DNA of 64,000 nt, from assembly GCA_035635755.1 (NCBI GenBank), contig DASQAK010000052.1, positions 6,236 to 70,235 of the forward strand. Direction: 5' to 3'. The first letter of the stretch is position 1. Each line of letters begins with the position of its first letter. Of this stretch, positions 24,075 through 32,701 are shown one piece after another. The stretch is from Candidatus Methylomirabilota bacterium. GTDB lineage: Bacteria > Methylomirabilota > Methylomirabilia > Rokubacteriales > CSP1-6. The notes under the pieces are model-generated. The model was not told the DNA's origin, did no database searches, and was given only the letters and a program-made list of their open reading frames with translations. The translations under genes and the position numbers were made by a program.

Positions 24075-25124
24075 CTAGTCGAGCAGTCCCTCGGCCACGT
24101 CACGATTGGCCTTCTCCAGATCGGGGAGGCGGCCGACGTCCAGCCAGTACTCGCGGATCAGGTACGCCGCCACCACACGCTCCCGATCGAGGAGCGTCCG
24201 GATCATGTCCGTGGCGTCGAAGTACTCGCCCGCCGGGATCACCTCGACGGCCGAGGGATCGAGGAGATAGATGCCGGCATTGACGGGGAACTCCTTGCGC
24301 GGCTTCTCCTCGACGCGGGTCACACGCTCACCGTGGAGCGTGAACTCGCCATACGGGATGTCGACCTGGTGGGTGGAGACACCGACCGTCATGGCCGCTC
24401 GTCCCTGCCGCCGGTGAAACTCCCACATCGCGCGAAAGTCGCACCTGGTCAGGACATCGGCATTGACCACGAAGAAGGGCTGGCGCAGCCGCTCCCGGAG
24501 GAGGAGGAGCGCGCCCATCGTTCCGAGCGGCTTGGGCTCGAGGGCGTAGCCGATGCGAACGCCGAGCCGGGCGCCGTCGCCGAGCCGCTCCCGGATTATC
24601 TCCGACTTGTGGTGGAGCGCGATGGTGATGTCGGTGATCCCCGACTGGCGCAGGCGCTCGATCATGATCTCGACGAGCGGTCGGCCGCCCACGAGAACGA
24701 GCGGCTTGGGCGTGGACTCCGTGAGCGGCCGGAGCCGCTGCCCTTCCCCGCCCGCCATGATCACGGCGGGTGTGGGCAGGGGCGGCGCGGCGATCTGCTC
24801 CTCGAGGAAGAGCACGTCCACGAGCCGCCGGCCCGCCTCCACGAGAGGCAGGTGGCGGATGCCCCGCGCGAGCATGAGCTCCACGGCGGCCGCGCGCCCG
24901 AGGCCGGGCGAGGCGGTCACGGGCACGGGGTTCATGATGTCGGCGACGCCGCCGTCGAGCGGCACGCCTCGCAGGATGGCGCGGCGCAGATCGCCGTCCG
25001 TGACCATGCCGACGAGGACGCCCTCGGCGTCGGCCACGAGAACGGCCTGCCGGCCGTTCTTGGTGATCGCCTCGAGTGCCTCGCGGAGCGAAGCCCTTGG
25101 GCTGGTCACCATATTGGGGTTCAC
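24075..25124 (-). CDS. CBS-domain-containing sugar-phosphate nucleotidyltransferase
   Basis: 349 aa. N-terminal tandem CBS pair. C-terminal 'AVIMAGGEGQRLRPLTESTPKPL' NTP-transferase G-loop. Architecture resembles GlcN-1-P guanylyltransferases of legionaminic-acid pathways (inference). Confidence 0.75.
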   Translation of the reverse strand: MNPNMVTSPRASLREALEAITKNGRQAVLVADAEGVLVGMVTDGDLRRAILRGVPLDGGVADIMNPVPVTASPGLGRAAAVELMLARGIRHLPLVEAGRRLVDVLFLEEQIAAPPLPTPAVIMAGGEGQRLRPLTESTPKPLVLVGGRPLVEIMIERLRQSGITDITIALHHKSEIIRERLGDGARLGVRIGYALEPKPLGTMGALLLLRERLRQPFFVVNADVLTRCDFRAMWEFHRRQGRAAMTVGVSTHQVDIPYGEFTLHGERVTRVEEKPRKEFPVNAGIYLLDPSAVEVIPAGEYFDATDMIRTLLDRERVVAAYLIREYWLDVGRLPDLEKANRDVAEGLLD

Positions 25125-25199
25125 CGAGGCAGCTCCGCCATGTGGAGGTGCTTAATCATACGGACTTTCAGGGACTTGGGCAAATTCGACCCATCTTCC
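25125..25199 (-). promoter_or_regulatory. 75-nt lower-GC gap inside the minus-strand array; possible internal promoter / RBS region for the CBS-nucleotidyltransferase sub-operon
   Basis: Only sizeable non-overlapping gap in this stretch; GGAG 9 nt before GTG at 25124. Confidence 0.2.
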
Positions 25200-25700
25200 C
25201 TAACCCCCTGGGCCGAGCCGCCAGAGCTTCTTGATCGCCCTGAACGGTAAGGAGACGAGCCGGCCCTTGAAGGTCAGCACGAAGCGGCCGTCCACCCCGA
25301 CGATATACCCCGCCCAGGCTAGGGTCTCGAGACGCCCGGCCAGGGTCTCTTGCACCGGATAGCGACGCCGGATCTGCTCCCGGGAGAGGCCGTGAGGCGC
25401 CGCGCGGACCTCGATCACGAGCTGGACGGACTGAGAGGCCGCCAAGGTGTAGTAGAAGGGCATGTAGAGCAAGAAGCTGCACGCGACCACGACCATTCCG
25501 TAGACCGCGCGCCACCGGTCGACGTCGAGGAGCAAGCACGTCCACAGGGTGGCGACGGCGGCAAGCGCGAACAGCAGCGTCACGGTGCGAGCCCTGTGCT
25601 CGACCCGCGCGAAATGAAAGATCGCAAAGTGCACGACCACGGCCGCCGCGGTCCACGCCGCGCCCGCGCCGAACGCCGTGCCGAGCGCGTCGGGATTCAC
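25200..25700 (-). CDS. hypothetical small membrane protein (paralogue A)
   Basis: ~166 aa from GTG overlapping upstream stop. Hydrophobic N-terminal half, soluble C-terminal domain. Confidence 0.4.
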   Translation of the reverse strand: MNPDALGTAFGAGAAWTAAAVVVHFAIFHFARVEHRARTVTLLFALAAVATLWTCLLLDVDRWRAVYGMVVVACSFLLYMPFYYTLAASQSVQLVIEVRAAPHGLSREQIRRRYPVQETLAGRLETLAWAGYIVGVDGRFVLTFKGRLVSLPFRAIKKLWRLGPGG

Positions 25701-26236
25701 TGCGGCGTCTCGATCTGAAGGAAGGCGCGGAGTCCGCCGAACAGGCGCGCGGCGCGCGCGCCCTTGGGGGTGGCCAGGAGGCAGCCGGCGCGCTCCACCA
25801 TCAAGCGGGTGGAGAGGAGCCCGTCGATCCGCTTGTCGAGCATCCACCCCATGCCGAGCCCGCCGCCGTAGGCGGCTTCTTCCTCCTCAGGCGAGAGCGC
25901 GCGTCCGGGAGATTCGTCGATGTCGACCAGAATACGAAGCGAGAACCCTCGCTCGGCCAGGTTGTAGACCTGCAGCCATCCCCCGAAGAAGAGCGTGGCG
26001 TGGACGAAGAGGCCGAAAGCGCCGCACAGGAAGCTGCGTGGCTCGACGAGCCACTCGGGCAGGAGCCAGAGATCGGCCGGCGTCAGGGCGTAGGCCGCGA
26101 CGTAGAGCGGGATCGTGGCCAGGAAGATCCCCAGCATCGCGGCGGCCCGGCGGCGGACATCGACGATGCGGAAGACAACGGTGACGGCGGCCACGCAGAG
26201 CAGCGAGCTGGCGGCGGCGAGGAGAAGACCCTTCAC
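25697..26236 (-). CDS. hypothetical small membrane protein (paralogue B)
   Basis: 179 aa; four predicted TM helices plus a C-terminal soluble domain. Confidence 0.45.
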   Translation of the reverse strand: MKGLLLAAASSLLCVAAVTVVFRIVDVRRRAAAMLGIFLATIPLYVAAYALTPADLWLLPEWLVEPRSFLCGAFGLFVHATLFFGGWLQVYNLAERGFSLRILVDIDESPGRALSPEEEEAAYGGGLGMGWMLDKRIDGLLSTRLMVERAGCLLATPKGARAARLFGGLRAFLQIETPQ

Positions 26237-26248
26237 CCCCGGCGCGTC

Positions 26249-26923
26249 CTACGCCTGCTCGCTCCACTTGCGGAAGTCCCCGAGGAACTGGTCCACCGCC
26301 TCCGTCGTCTTCGGGTGCTGGGTGAGCGCCGGAAAGAACTTCGGCGGCACCGTGACGATATGGGCGCCGGCGCCGAGCGCCTCGTTGACGTCGGCGATGT
26401 GACGGATGCTGCCCACGATGATCTCCGACCGGATGCCGCCCTCGCGGAAAGCCCGCGCCGTCTGCTCCACGACGGACCGGGCGTCGTAACCGATGTCCTT
26501 GATGCGACCGTAGAAGAGGCTCACGAAGTTGGCCCCCGCCAGCGCCGCCATGTACGCCTGATTGAAGGACATGCAGCAGGTGCAGTTGACCATGATGTCG
26601 CGCTTGCGGAGCTCGGCCACGACCTTGAGCTCCCCCCAGCCTATGGGCACCTTGACGCTGAGCATGGGATAGCGGAAAGCCGAGACGAACTTGAGCGCCT
26701 GATCGAGCATCTCCGCGGGATCGTCCACGAACACCTCGACGGACAGCGGCACCTCGCGCCCGTGGCGGCGGATCAGCCCGATGATCTTGTGGATGTGCTC
26801 CGTGAAGTCGGTCCGCTCCTCCTTCGCCAGGATCGAAGGGTTGGTGGTGATGCCCGCCACGAAGCCGCGCGCGAGCGACTCCTCGATCTCCGCCAGGTTC
26901 GCCGAGTCCACGAAGAGCTTCAT
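26249..26923 (-). CDS. transaldolase / fructose-6-phosphate aldolase family protein (Tal/FsaA-type)
   Basis: 'MKLFVDSANLAEI...GITTNPSIL' signature. Strong RBS GGAGAG. ATGA overlap with gmhB stop. Confidence 0.8.
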   Translation of the reverse strand: MKLFVDSANLAEIEESLARGFVAGITTNPSILAKEERTDFTEHIHKIIGLIRRHGREVPLSVEVFVDDPAEMLDQALKFVSAFRYPMLSVKVPIGWGELKVVAELRKRDIMVNCTCCMSFNQAYMAALAGANFVSLFYGRIKDIGYDARSVVEQTARAFREGGIRSEIIVGSIRHIADVNEALGAGAHIVTVPPKFFPALTQHPKTTEAVDQFLGDFRKWSEQA

Positions 26924-27453
26924 GACTCTCCTCTCGTGAGGGTCAGGATGGTCGCGACGGCCTCGCGCAGGTCGGCCGCGCGGTGGTCCGGCCGCGCCGG
27001 ACCTTCCTCGCGCCCCGCCACCAGGATGGTCACGCACTCCGCCGCTCGTCCGGCGTCCACGTCCCGGTACCGGTCCCCTATCATGAAGGAGCGCGCGACG
27101 TCCACTCCCCATTCGCGCGCGGCCTGGAGGAGGAGCCCCGGCTTCGGCTTGCGGCAGCTGCAGCGATCCGCATCCCGATGGGGACAGACGTAGACCGCGT
27201 CCACGCCGGTCTCGCGACGCAGTCGCTCGTGCATGGCTTCGAGGATGGGCACCGACAGCTCACCCGTCGCCAGCTCGGGCTGGTTCGTGACCACGAGCGA
27301 GAGCAGGCCGATCGCGCGCAGACGGGCCACGCTGTCGGCTGCCCACGGATAGATCTCGAAGGTCTCGAGCCCGAGCGGCGCTCCCCAGCGACCGCCGCGC
27401 TCGACCATGGGATTGAGCACTCCGTCACGGTCGAGAAACACGGCGCGTTTCAT
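26920..27453 (-). CDS. gmhB: D,D-heptose 1,7-bisphosphate phosphatase (HAD-IIIA)
   Basis: From 'MKRAVFLDRDGVLN'. 'VVTNQ' and 'GDRYRD' HAD motifs. Confidence 0.75.
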   Translation of the reverse strand: MKRAVFLDRDGVLNPMVERGGRWGAPLGLETFEIYPWAADSVARLRAIGLLSLVVTNQPELATGELSVPILEAMHERLRRETGVDAVYVCPHRDADRCSCRKPKPGLLLQAAREWGVDVARSFMIGDRYRDVDAGRAAECVTILVAGREEGPARPDHRAADLREAVATILTLTRGES

Positions 27454-28067
27454 CGCCGCGCGAGACCCTCGCCGCCCGCGATGCGCTCGGCCAGGCAGAA
27501 CGCGATCAGGTGATGCAGCACGACGTGGAAACCCTCCACGTGGGGGGTCGTCTCGTACGGCACCACCACGCAGACGTCGCACACCTCACGCATGGCGCCC
27601 CCGTCGAAGCCGGCAAGCCCTATGGTGGTGCCTCCGCGCTCTTTCACGTACGCGATGGCCTTCATGAGGTTCTGGGACCATGCGCCGGCCTTGTCGCGAC
27701 CCGTGCCGCCGTGCACGCTGATGGTCACCAGGACATCCCCCGGCCGATAAAAGGTCGCGAGCTGCTCCGTATAGACATTGTCCCAGCCATCGTCGTTCAC
27801 GAGCGCGCTCACGAGCGGGATATTGTCGACGAGACTCATGGCGCGCAGCCGTGCTCGTCCCGGAATGGACGTCATCTTGTTCAGATCGGCGGCCAAATGC
27901 GTGGCCGTGCCGGCGGAGCCGCCATTGCCCGCCGTGAAGACCGTGCGCCCGTCCCTCCAGGCCTGGTACAGCGCCTCGATCGCCCGGTCGATGTCCTCGC
28001 GGGAGACCTTCCGGGCGATCTCCTCCACACCCTGAAGGAACCGATCGATATAGGCGCCGTTCTTCAC
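27450..28067 (-). CDS. gmhA: phosphoheptose isomerase (SIS domain)
   Basis: ~205 aa from GTG overlapping upstream stop; 'TAGNGGSAGTATHLAADL' SIS motif. Confidence 0.75.
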   Translation of the reverse strand: MKNGAYIDRFLQGVEEIARKVSREDIDRAIEALYQAWRDGRTVFTAGNGGSAGTATHLAADLNKMTSIPGRARLRAMSLVDNIPLVSALVNDDGWDNVYTEQLATFYRPGDVLVTISVHGGTGRDKAGAWSQNLMKAIAYVKERGGTTIGLAGFDGGAMREVCDVCVVVPYETTPHVEGFHVVLHHLIAFCLAERIAGGEGLARR

Positions 28068-28930
28068 GAGAGCCGCTCCTTCAGGCTCCCGTCCGGCAGA
28101 TGGACCGGATTGATTCGCCGCATGGTATAGACCTCCGAGCCGGTGATCTCGTCGAGGTGCGCGCGGAAACGCTCGCTCCGCCACGGATCGAACCCCGCCG
28201 CTATGGTCTTGCCCGTCAGCCCGTCAGCCTCGGGCGAGAGCAGGAACTCGACGCAGGCCACCGGCACCTCCATGGGCACGCCCCCTCGGGCCATGGCCGC
28301 CTCGGTGCGCTCGAAATGCTCGCGCCCCGCCCGGTCAGGTCCGGCGCGCAGCGTCGCCTCATGGATCTCGGTGGCGACCATGCCGGGCGCGACCGCATTG
28401 ACCGCTATGCCCCGGCTCTTGAGCTCTTCGGCCAGGCATTCCGTCAGGCGCACGAGGGCGGCCTTGGACGTAGCATACGCGCTGTAGCGCGGAAACGTGC
28501 CGAATGCGCCGCCCCCCGAGAAGGTGATGATGCGCGAGCGCTCGCCTCGCTCGAGAAGCGGGAGGGCGTGCTTGATCAGGAGATAGGCGCCGAAGACATT
28601 GTCCCGCAGGGTGGACCACCAGGCGTCGCTGTCTGTCTTCTCCACGGGTCCGATGGCCCCGAAGGCGCCGGCGCAGAAGACGACGGCGTCGAGAGCTGGG
28701 ACCTCGGCGGCCACCCACCCGACCAGCGCGCGCACTTGGCTCTCGTCGCCGACGTCGCAGGCGCGGGAGCGCGCCAATGTGTCGCCCTCCGTGACGGCGC
28801 TGAGCGCGGCGACGCGGCGCGCGCAGGCGAAGACCGTGTCTCCACGCGCGGCAAGCGCCCGCACCAGAGCCGCGCCGATTCCGGCGCTGGCCCCCGCGAT
28901 GAGGATCCGGCGGCCCGTCACTACGTCCAT
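28064..28930 (-). CDS. SDR-family oxidoreductase
   Basis: 'ILIAGASAGIGAAL', 'YATSKAAL' (YxxxK). Confidence 0.75.
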   Translation of the reverse strand: MDVVTGRRILIAGASAGIGAALVRALAARGDTVFACARRVAALSAVTEGDTLARSRACDVGDESQVRALVGWVAAEVPALDAVVFCAGAFGAIGPVEKTDSDAWWSTLRDNVFGAYLLIKHALPLLERGERSRIITFSGGGAFGTFPRYSAYATSKAALVRLTECLAEELKSRGIAVNAVAPGMVATEIHEATLRAGPDRAGREHFERTEAAMARGGVPMEVPVACVEFLLSPEADGLTGKTIAAGFDPWRSERFRAHLDEITGSEVYTMRRINPVHLPDGSLKERLS

Positions 28931-30225
28931 GGCGACTCGCCGATGGTTACTCGCGTGAGACCCGCCCGTCGGCAGCGCGCGCCGTCCAGCACTCCGGCCG
29001 CGTCCACCACCACGAATGATCGCAGCCGCTCCTTGAGAGCGGACGGGTCCACCGTGGCGAACTCGTCCCAGTCGGTGAGAATGACGAGGGCATCGGCGCC
29101 CTCGGTCGCCTGGAGGGCGCTCGACGCCATCAGGACGTCCGCGGTGGGCGGGAGCGTCACCTGCGGGTCATATGCGGTGACGACGGCGCGGCCGGCCAGA
29201 TCTCGCAGGAGCCTCAGGCTGATGGCGTTCTTGGTCGACCGGCTGTTCTTCTTGTACGCGAGCCCCCACAGGGCGATGCGCGGCCGCATCCCGGCGCGGA
29301 GGACGTGGCGATCGACGGCCCGCGTGAGCCACGCGTAGCGCGCGGCGCTCCGCTCGAGGATGAGAGCCGGAAGCCCTGCGTCTGTGCCATGGCTCGCCGC
29401 AAGCTCGCGCAGTTGGACGAGGTCACGCTCGAGATTGCCGCCCGCCAGCCCCAGTCCCGGACGGATATAGGCGTGGGGACCGATCCGTCGATCGCTCCGG
29501 AGCGCAGGCAGCATGGCCGTCATGCTCGCCCCCGTCACCTCGCAGAGATCCGCCAGGGCATTGGCATAGGTCACGGAGGCGGCGAGGTAGAAGTTGATGG
29601 CCGCCTTGCAGAGCTCCGCGCTCTCGTAGTTCATGCGGATGGCGGGGCAGCCGAATCGGGCCACGAGGGCGTCGAGGGTGGGCTCGGGCGCATGGTCGGT
29701 CTCGGGCCCGCCCAGCCAATCGGGCCCGCCCAGAATGATGCGCTCGGGCCTGAGATAGCGCGCGACGGCCTCACCGATGACGAGCGTCTCGACCCAGTAG
29801 TAGAGGCGCGACCGCAGATCGGGCCGCTTCTCGCGGAGACGCCCGGCGAGCGTCCGCGTATAGCCAACGGGTACCTGGCTCATGAGGGCGACCACCCCAT
29901 CGGCGGGCAGCCATGGCAGGGCCTGGTCGACATGGCGCTCGAGCTCCGACAGGTCGGCCCGGTTCTCGTCGTCGGTGACGGTGTCCAGCGCGACAATGAT
30001 CGTCTCTGCTCCCTCGAGGGCGCCGAAATCACCGCTGAACGTGGGTGGCGTGCGAGCCAGAAGGTCCGTGAGACCGGGTTCATCGACGGGCAGCGTCCCA
30101 CTGGCGAGCGCCGTGGCCCGCGCGGTGTCGCCGACCGCCATCACCTCGAAGCCCATGGACGAAAGACAGGCGCTCGTCACGAGGCCAAGGTGAGAGAGAC
30201 CGACGACACCGATCCGCTCCGTCAC
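28921..30225 (-). CDS. UDP-glucose/GDP-mannose dehydrogenase-family protein lacking the catalytic cysteine
   Basis: N-terminus 'IGVVGLSHLGL...EPGLTDLL' matches the family. The position of the canonical 'GGxCxxKD' motif reads 'GLAGGNLERD' (no Cys, Lys to Arg). GTGA overlap with upstream stop. Confidence 0.7.
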   Translation of the reverse strand: MTERIGVVGLSHLGLVTSACLSSMGFEVMAVGDTARATALASGTLPVDEPGLTDLLARTPPTFSGDFGALEGAETIIVALDTVTDDENRADLSELERHVDQALPWLPADGVVALMSQVPVGYTRTLAGRLREKRPDLRSRLYYWVETLVIGEAVARYLRPERIILGGPDWLGGPETDHAPEPTLDALVARFGCPAIRMNYESAELCKAAINFYLAASVTYANALADLCEVTGASMTAMLPALRSDRRIGPHAYIRPGLGLAGGNLERDLVQLRELAASHGTDAGLPALILERSAARYAWLTRAVDRHVLRAGMRPRIALWGLAYKKNSRSTKNAISLRLLRDLAGRAVVTAYDPQVTLPPTADVLMASSALQATEGADALVILTDWDEFATVDPSALKERLRSFVVVDAAGVLDGARCRRAGLTRVTIGESPWT

Positions 30226-31148
30226 GGCCCGCTCTTCGCCGAGGCCTGAGCGAGGAGGGAGCGGATCGCCTCCGCGATGCGCCAGTCGTTCTCGAGCGAG
30301 CTCTCTCCCGCTCGCGCGCGCCGCTCGAACTCGTCGAGGTCCGCCTCCCAGGTGACATCGCCCGCCGGCTGTTCCTCGCGCCGCTCCTCCGGAACACCGC
30401 TCGGCAGCACCCGCGTGCGACGCAGCAGGGTAACCCCGCCCCACTTGCCCAGGCCATCCAGGTGCAGCGAGCCCGCGCTCCCGAACACCTCCACCCGGAA
30501 CGTGTTCTTCCAGAAGACATTGCCGACCTCGAGGAAGACCCGGCGATCGACGGAGGTGAAGACCCCGTAGTCGAAGGTGCCCGACTCGACCGGCCGCAGG
30601 TCCAGGAGGGCGTAGCGCTCGCGCTCGTGGCCCAGGAGATAGCCGCAGAGGTCGAGGAGGTGGCAGCCGAGGTCCTCCAGGACCCCGCCGCCGGATTCGC
30701 GCCAGGTGCCGAGCCACTCGCGCACGGTGCCATTGCCGTAGAGCATGCGCACGCGGTCGAGCTTGCCCACGGCGCCCGCGTCGAGCAGCTGCTTGAGCCG
30801 CATGATCGAAGGCTCGAAGCGGTGATTGTACGAGGTATACCAGACGGCGCCGCTGCGCGCGCGGGCCGCGAGTGCCTCCGCTTGGTCGCGGCTCGAGAAG
30901 AGGAGCGGCTTTTCCACCAGGACCGGCTTGCCTTCCGCGAGGAAGCGGCCGACATAGTCGACCTTGGTGGGATTCGGGGTGGCCACGATCACCGCGTCGT
31001 ACGCGTCGGGGTCGACCTCGTCCACCGCCCGCACGGTGGCCCCGGGCGCCACTGGATCCACCGTGGCGGCGCAGCGCGCCCCCAGAAGACGCGCGCGGCG
31101 CCTGCCGATGTTGCCGAGGCCGACGACGAGATAGCGGAGAACGCCCAC
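30222..31148 (-). CDS. Gfo/Idh/MocA-family oxidoreductase
   Basis: 308 aa; 'LRYLVVGLGNIGRR', 'EKPLL' motif. Confidence 0.8.
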   Translation of the reverse strand: MGVLRYLVVGLGNIGRRRARLLGARCAATVDPVAPGATVRAVDEVDPDAYDAVIVATPNPTKVDYVGRFLAEGKPVLVEKPLLFSSRDQAEALAARARSGAVWYTSYNHRFEPSIMRLKQLLDAGAVGKLDRVRMLYGNGTVREWLGTWRESGGGVLEDLGCHLLDLCGYLLGHERERYALLDLRPVESGTFDYGVFTSVDRRVFLEVGNVFWKNTFRVEVFGSAGSLHLDGLGKWGGVTLLRRTRVLPSGVPEERREEQPAGDVTWEADLDEFERRARAGESSLENDWRIAEAIRSLLAQASAKSGP

Positions 31149-31155
31149 CGTCGGC

Positions 31156-32691
31156 TCAGGCCCCGGCCGCGGCCCGCTTGAGGGCGTCGAGCTTGTCCTC
31201 GACCTCGGCGATGACGACCGGCACGTTGCCCGGGCGCTCGCAGGCCACGGCGGCGGCGAGACTGCCGAGGATGCTGGCGATGACGATGCTGCCCGACTGC
31301 GCCAGGGCCAGGGTGGCCATGGCCAGCAGCGCGTCGCCGGCGCCGATAGGGTCGACGAGATTGCCGACGAAGCTGTCCACGATGAAGAACTCGCGGGGCA
31401 TCCGGCCCGGGCTGCGATAGGTCAGAATGCCGCGCTCACCAAGCTTCAAGATCAGGTAGCGGCAGCCTGCGCGCTGGAAGAGGGTCTGCGCCATCGGGCG
31501 CACGCCCGAGTCCTGGTCTCCGAGGCCGAAGCGCGCCTCGCGCTCGTTCGGCGTGATGAGATCGAATCCCTGAAAGTCCAGGATATTGCCCCAGCGGTTC
31601 GACACCTGACTGTCGGCCGCGCGGAGCACGCCCGGTCGCACCGCCGCCGCGTATTCCTCGATCGTCGAGCGATGGAAGATCCCGTGCCGGAAGTCGCTGA
31701 AGATGACGACGTCCGCCGGGTTTCCCTGAATGGCGTCGACGATCTCGCGCCGCAGCCGGTCGGACACGATGTGGTTGTCGACCCGGTCGACCTGGAGCAT
31801 CCGATGATGATCGGCGATGAACCGCTCCTTGAGGGTCGTGGGCCGGCTGGCGTCGACGAGGGCCCGCGTCGCCACCCCGGTGGCGGCCAAGTCGTCGACC
31901 ACGAAGGCCCGCAGCTCGTCGTCGCCCAGGACGGTCGTAAACGACACCTGGGCTCCCACGCTGTGGACGTGCTTGGCCACCACGGCGGCGCCGCCCACGA
32001 AGGTGTCGGCGTGCTCGAACCTGAGGCTGAAGCTCGGGGACTTGGCGCTCTGGCCGAGGAGCGAGCAGTACGAGTAGCGGTCCACGATGGTGTCGCCCAC
32101 GACGTGCGCGCGGACGCGGCCGAGATCGTGAAGGGTCGCCCGGAGCTGATCGAAGGTGACGCCCTCCGACTGCAGCAGCGTGATGAGCTTGTCGACGGTG
32201 AGCCGGGGCTCGTGCTGGGTGATGATCGTGCTCGACGAGTAGACGACGTCGCCGGGCGTGAACACCATCTCGCCGCCGTACGCCTCGAGCGCGCCGACCT
32301 CCTCCTGCGTCTTGGGCGGCAGCGGACTCGTCTGATACTCGAAGCCCTTGGCGAAGAAGTCGGGCTGGACGATCCGGATGCTCTCGATCGGAGTCTCGTT
32401 GGGGTCGATGACAACATAGTCCACGAACTCGAGCGCGGCCAGGTTGGCCGCGCGGAGCTCCTGCGGCACGTAAGGGCGGTAGGCGCCCTTGGAGATGTGG
32501 GCATCGGCCGTCACGCTGGCGATGAGGACGTCCGCCTTCTCCTTGGCGTACATGAGATGGCGCAGGTGACCGGGATGGACGATGTCGAAGGTGCCGTGAC
32601 ACATGATGGCCGTGCGCTTCCGAGGACGAGGGCCCAGGAGGGTCGCCAGCTCCTCGCGGGTCTTGATCTTGTGGGCGAACTTTTCGTACAT
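31156..32691 (-). CDS. bifunctional sugar-1-phosphate nucleotidyltransferase / PfkB-family sugar kinase (HldE/RfaE-like with reversed domain order)
   Basis: Start at 'MYEKFAHK' (GGAG RBS). N-terminal cytidylyltransferase domain 'IMCHGTFDIVHPGHLRHL' (HxGH). C-terminal PfkB kinase with 'DPIGAGDALLA'. Confidence 0.75.
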   Translation of the reverse strand: MYEKFAHKIKTREELATLLGPRPRKRTAIMCHGTFDIVHPGHLRHLMYAKEKADVLIASVTADAHISKGAYRPYVPQELRAANLAALEFVDYVVIDPNETPIESIRIVQPDFFAKGFEYQTSPLPPKTQEEVGALEAYGGEMVFTPGDVVYSSSTIITQHEPRLTVDKLITLLQSEGVTFDQLRATLHDLGRVRAHVVGDTIVDRYSYCSLLGQSAKSPSFSLRFEHADTFVGGAAVVAKHVHSVGAQVSFTTVLGDDELRAFVVDDLAATGVATRALVDASRPTTLKERFIADHHRMLQVDRVDNHIVSDRLRREIVDAIQGNPADVVIFSDFRHGIFHRSTIEEYAAAVRPGVLRAADSQVSNRWGNILDFQGFDLITPNEREARFGLGDQDSGVRPMAQTLFQRAGCRYLILKLGERGILTYRSPGRMPREFFIVDSFVGNLVDPIGAGDALLAMATLALAQSGSIVIASILGSLAAAVACERPGNVPVVIAEVEDKLDALKRAAAGA

Positions 32692-32701
32692 GACGCTCCG
32701 G

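Noticed and set aside
28143-29338. Antisense ORFs over the SDR and dehydrogenase genes (28100..29338 and others)
   Set aside because: Opposite-strand shadows of well-supported genes; low-complexity translations.
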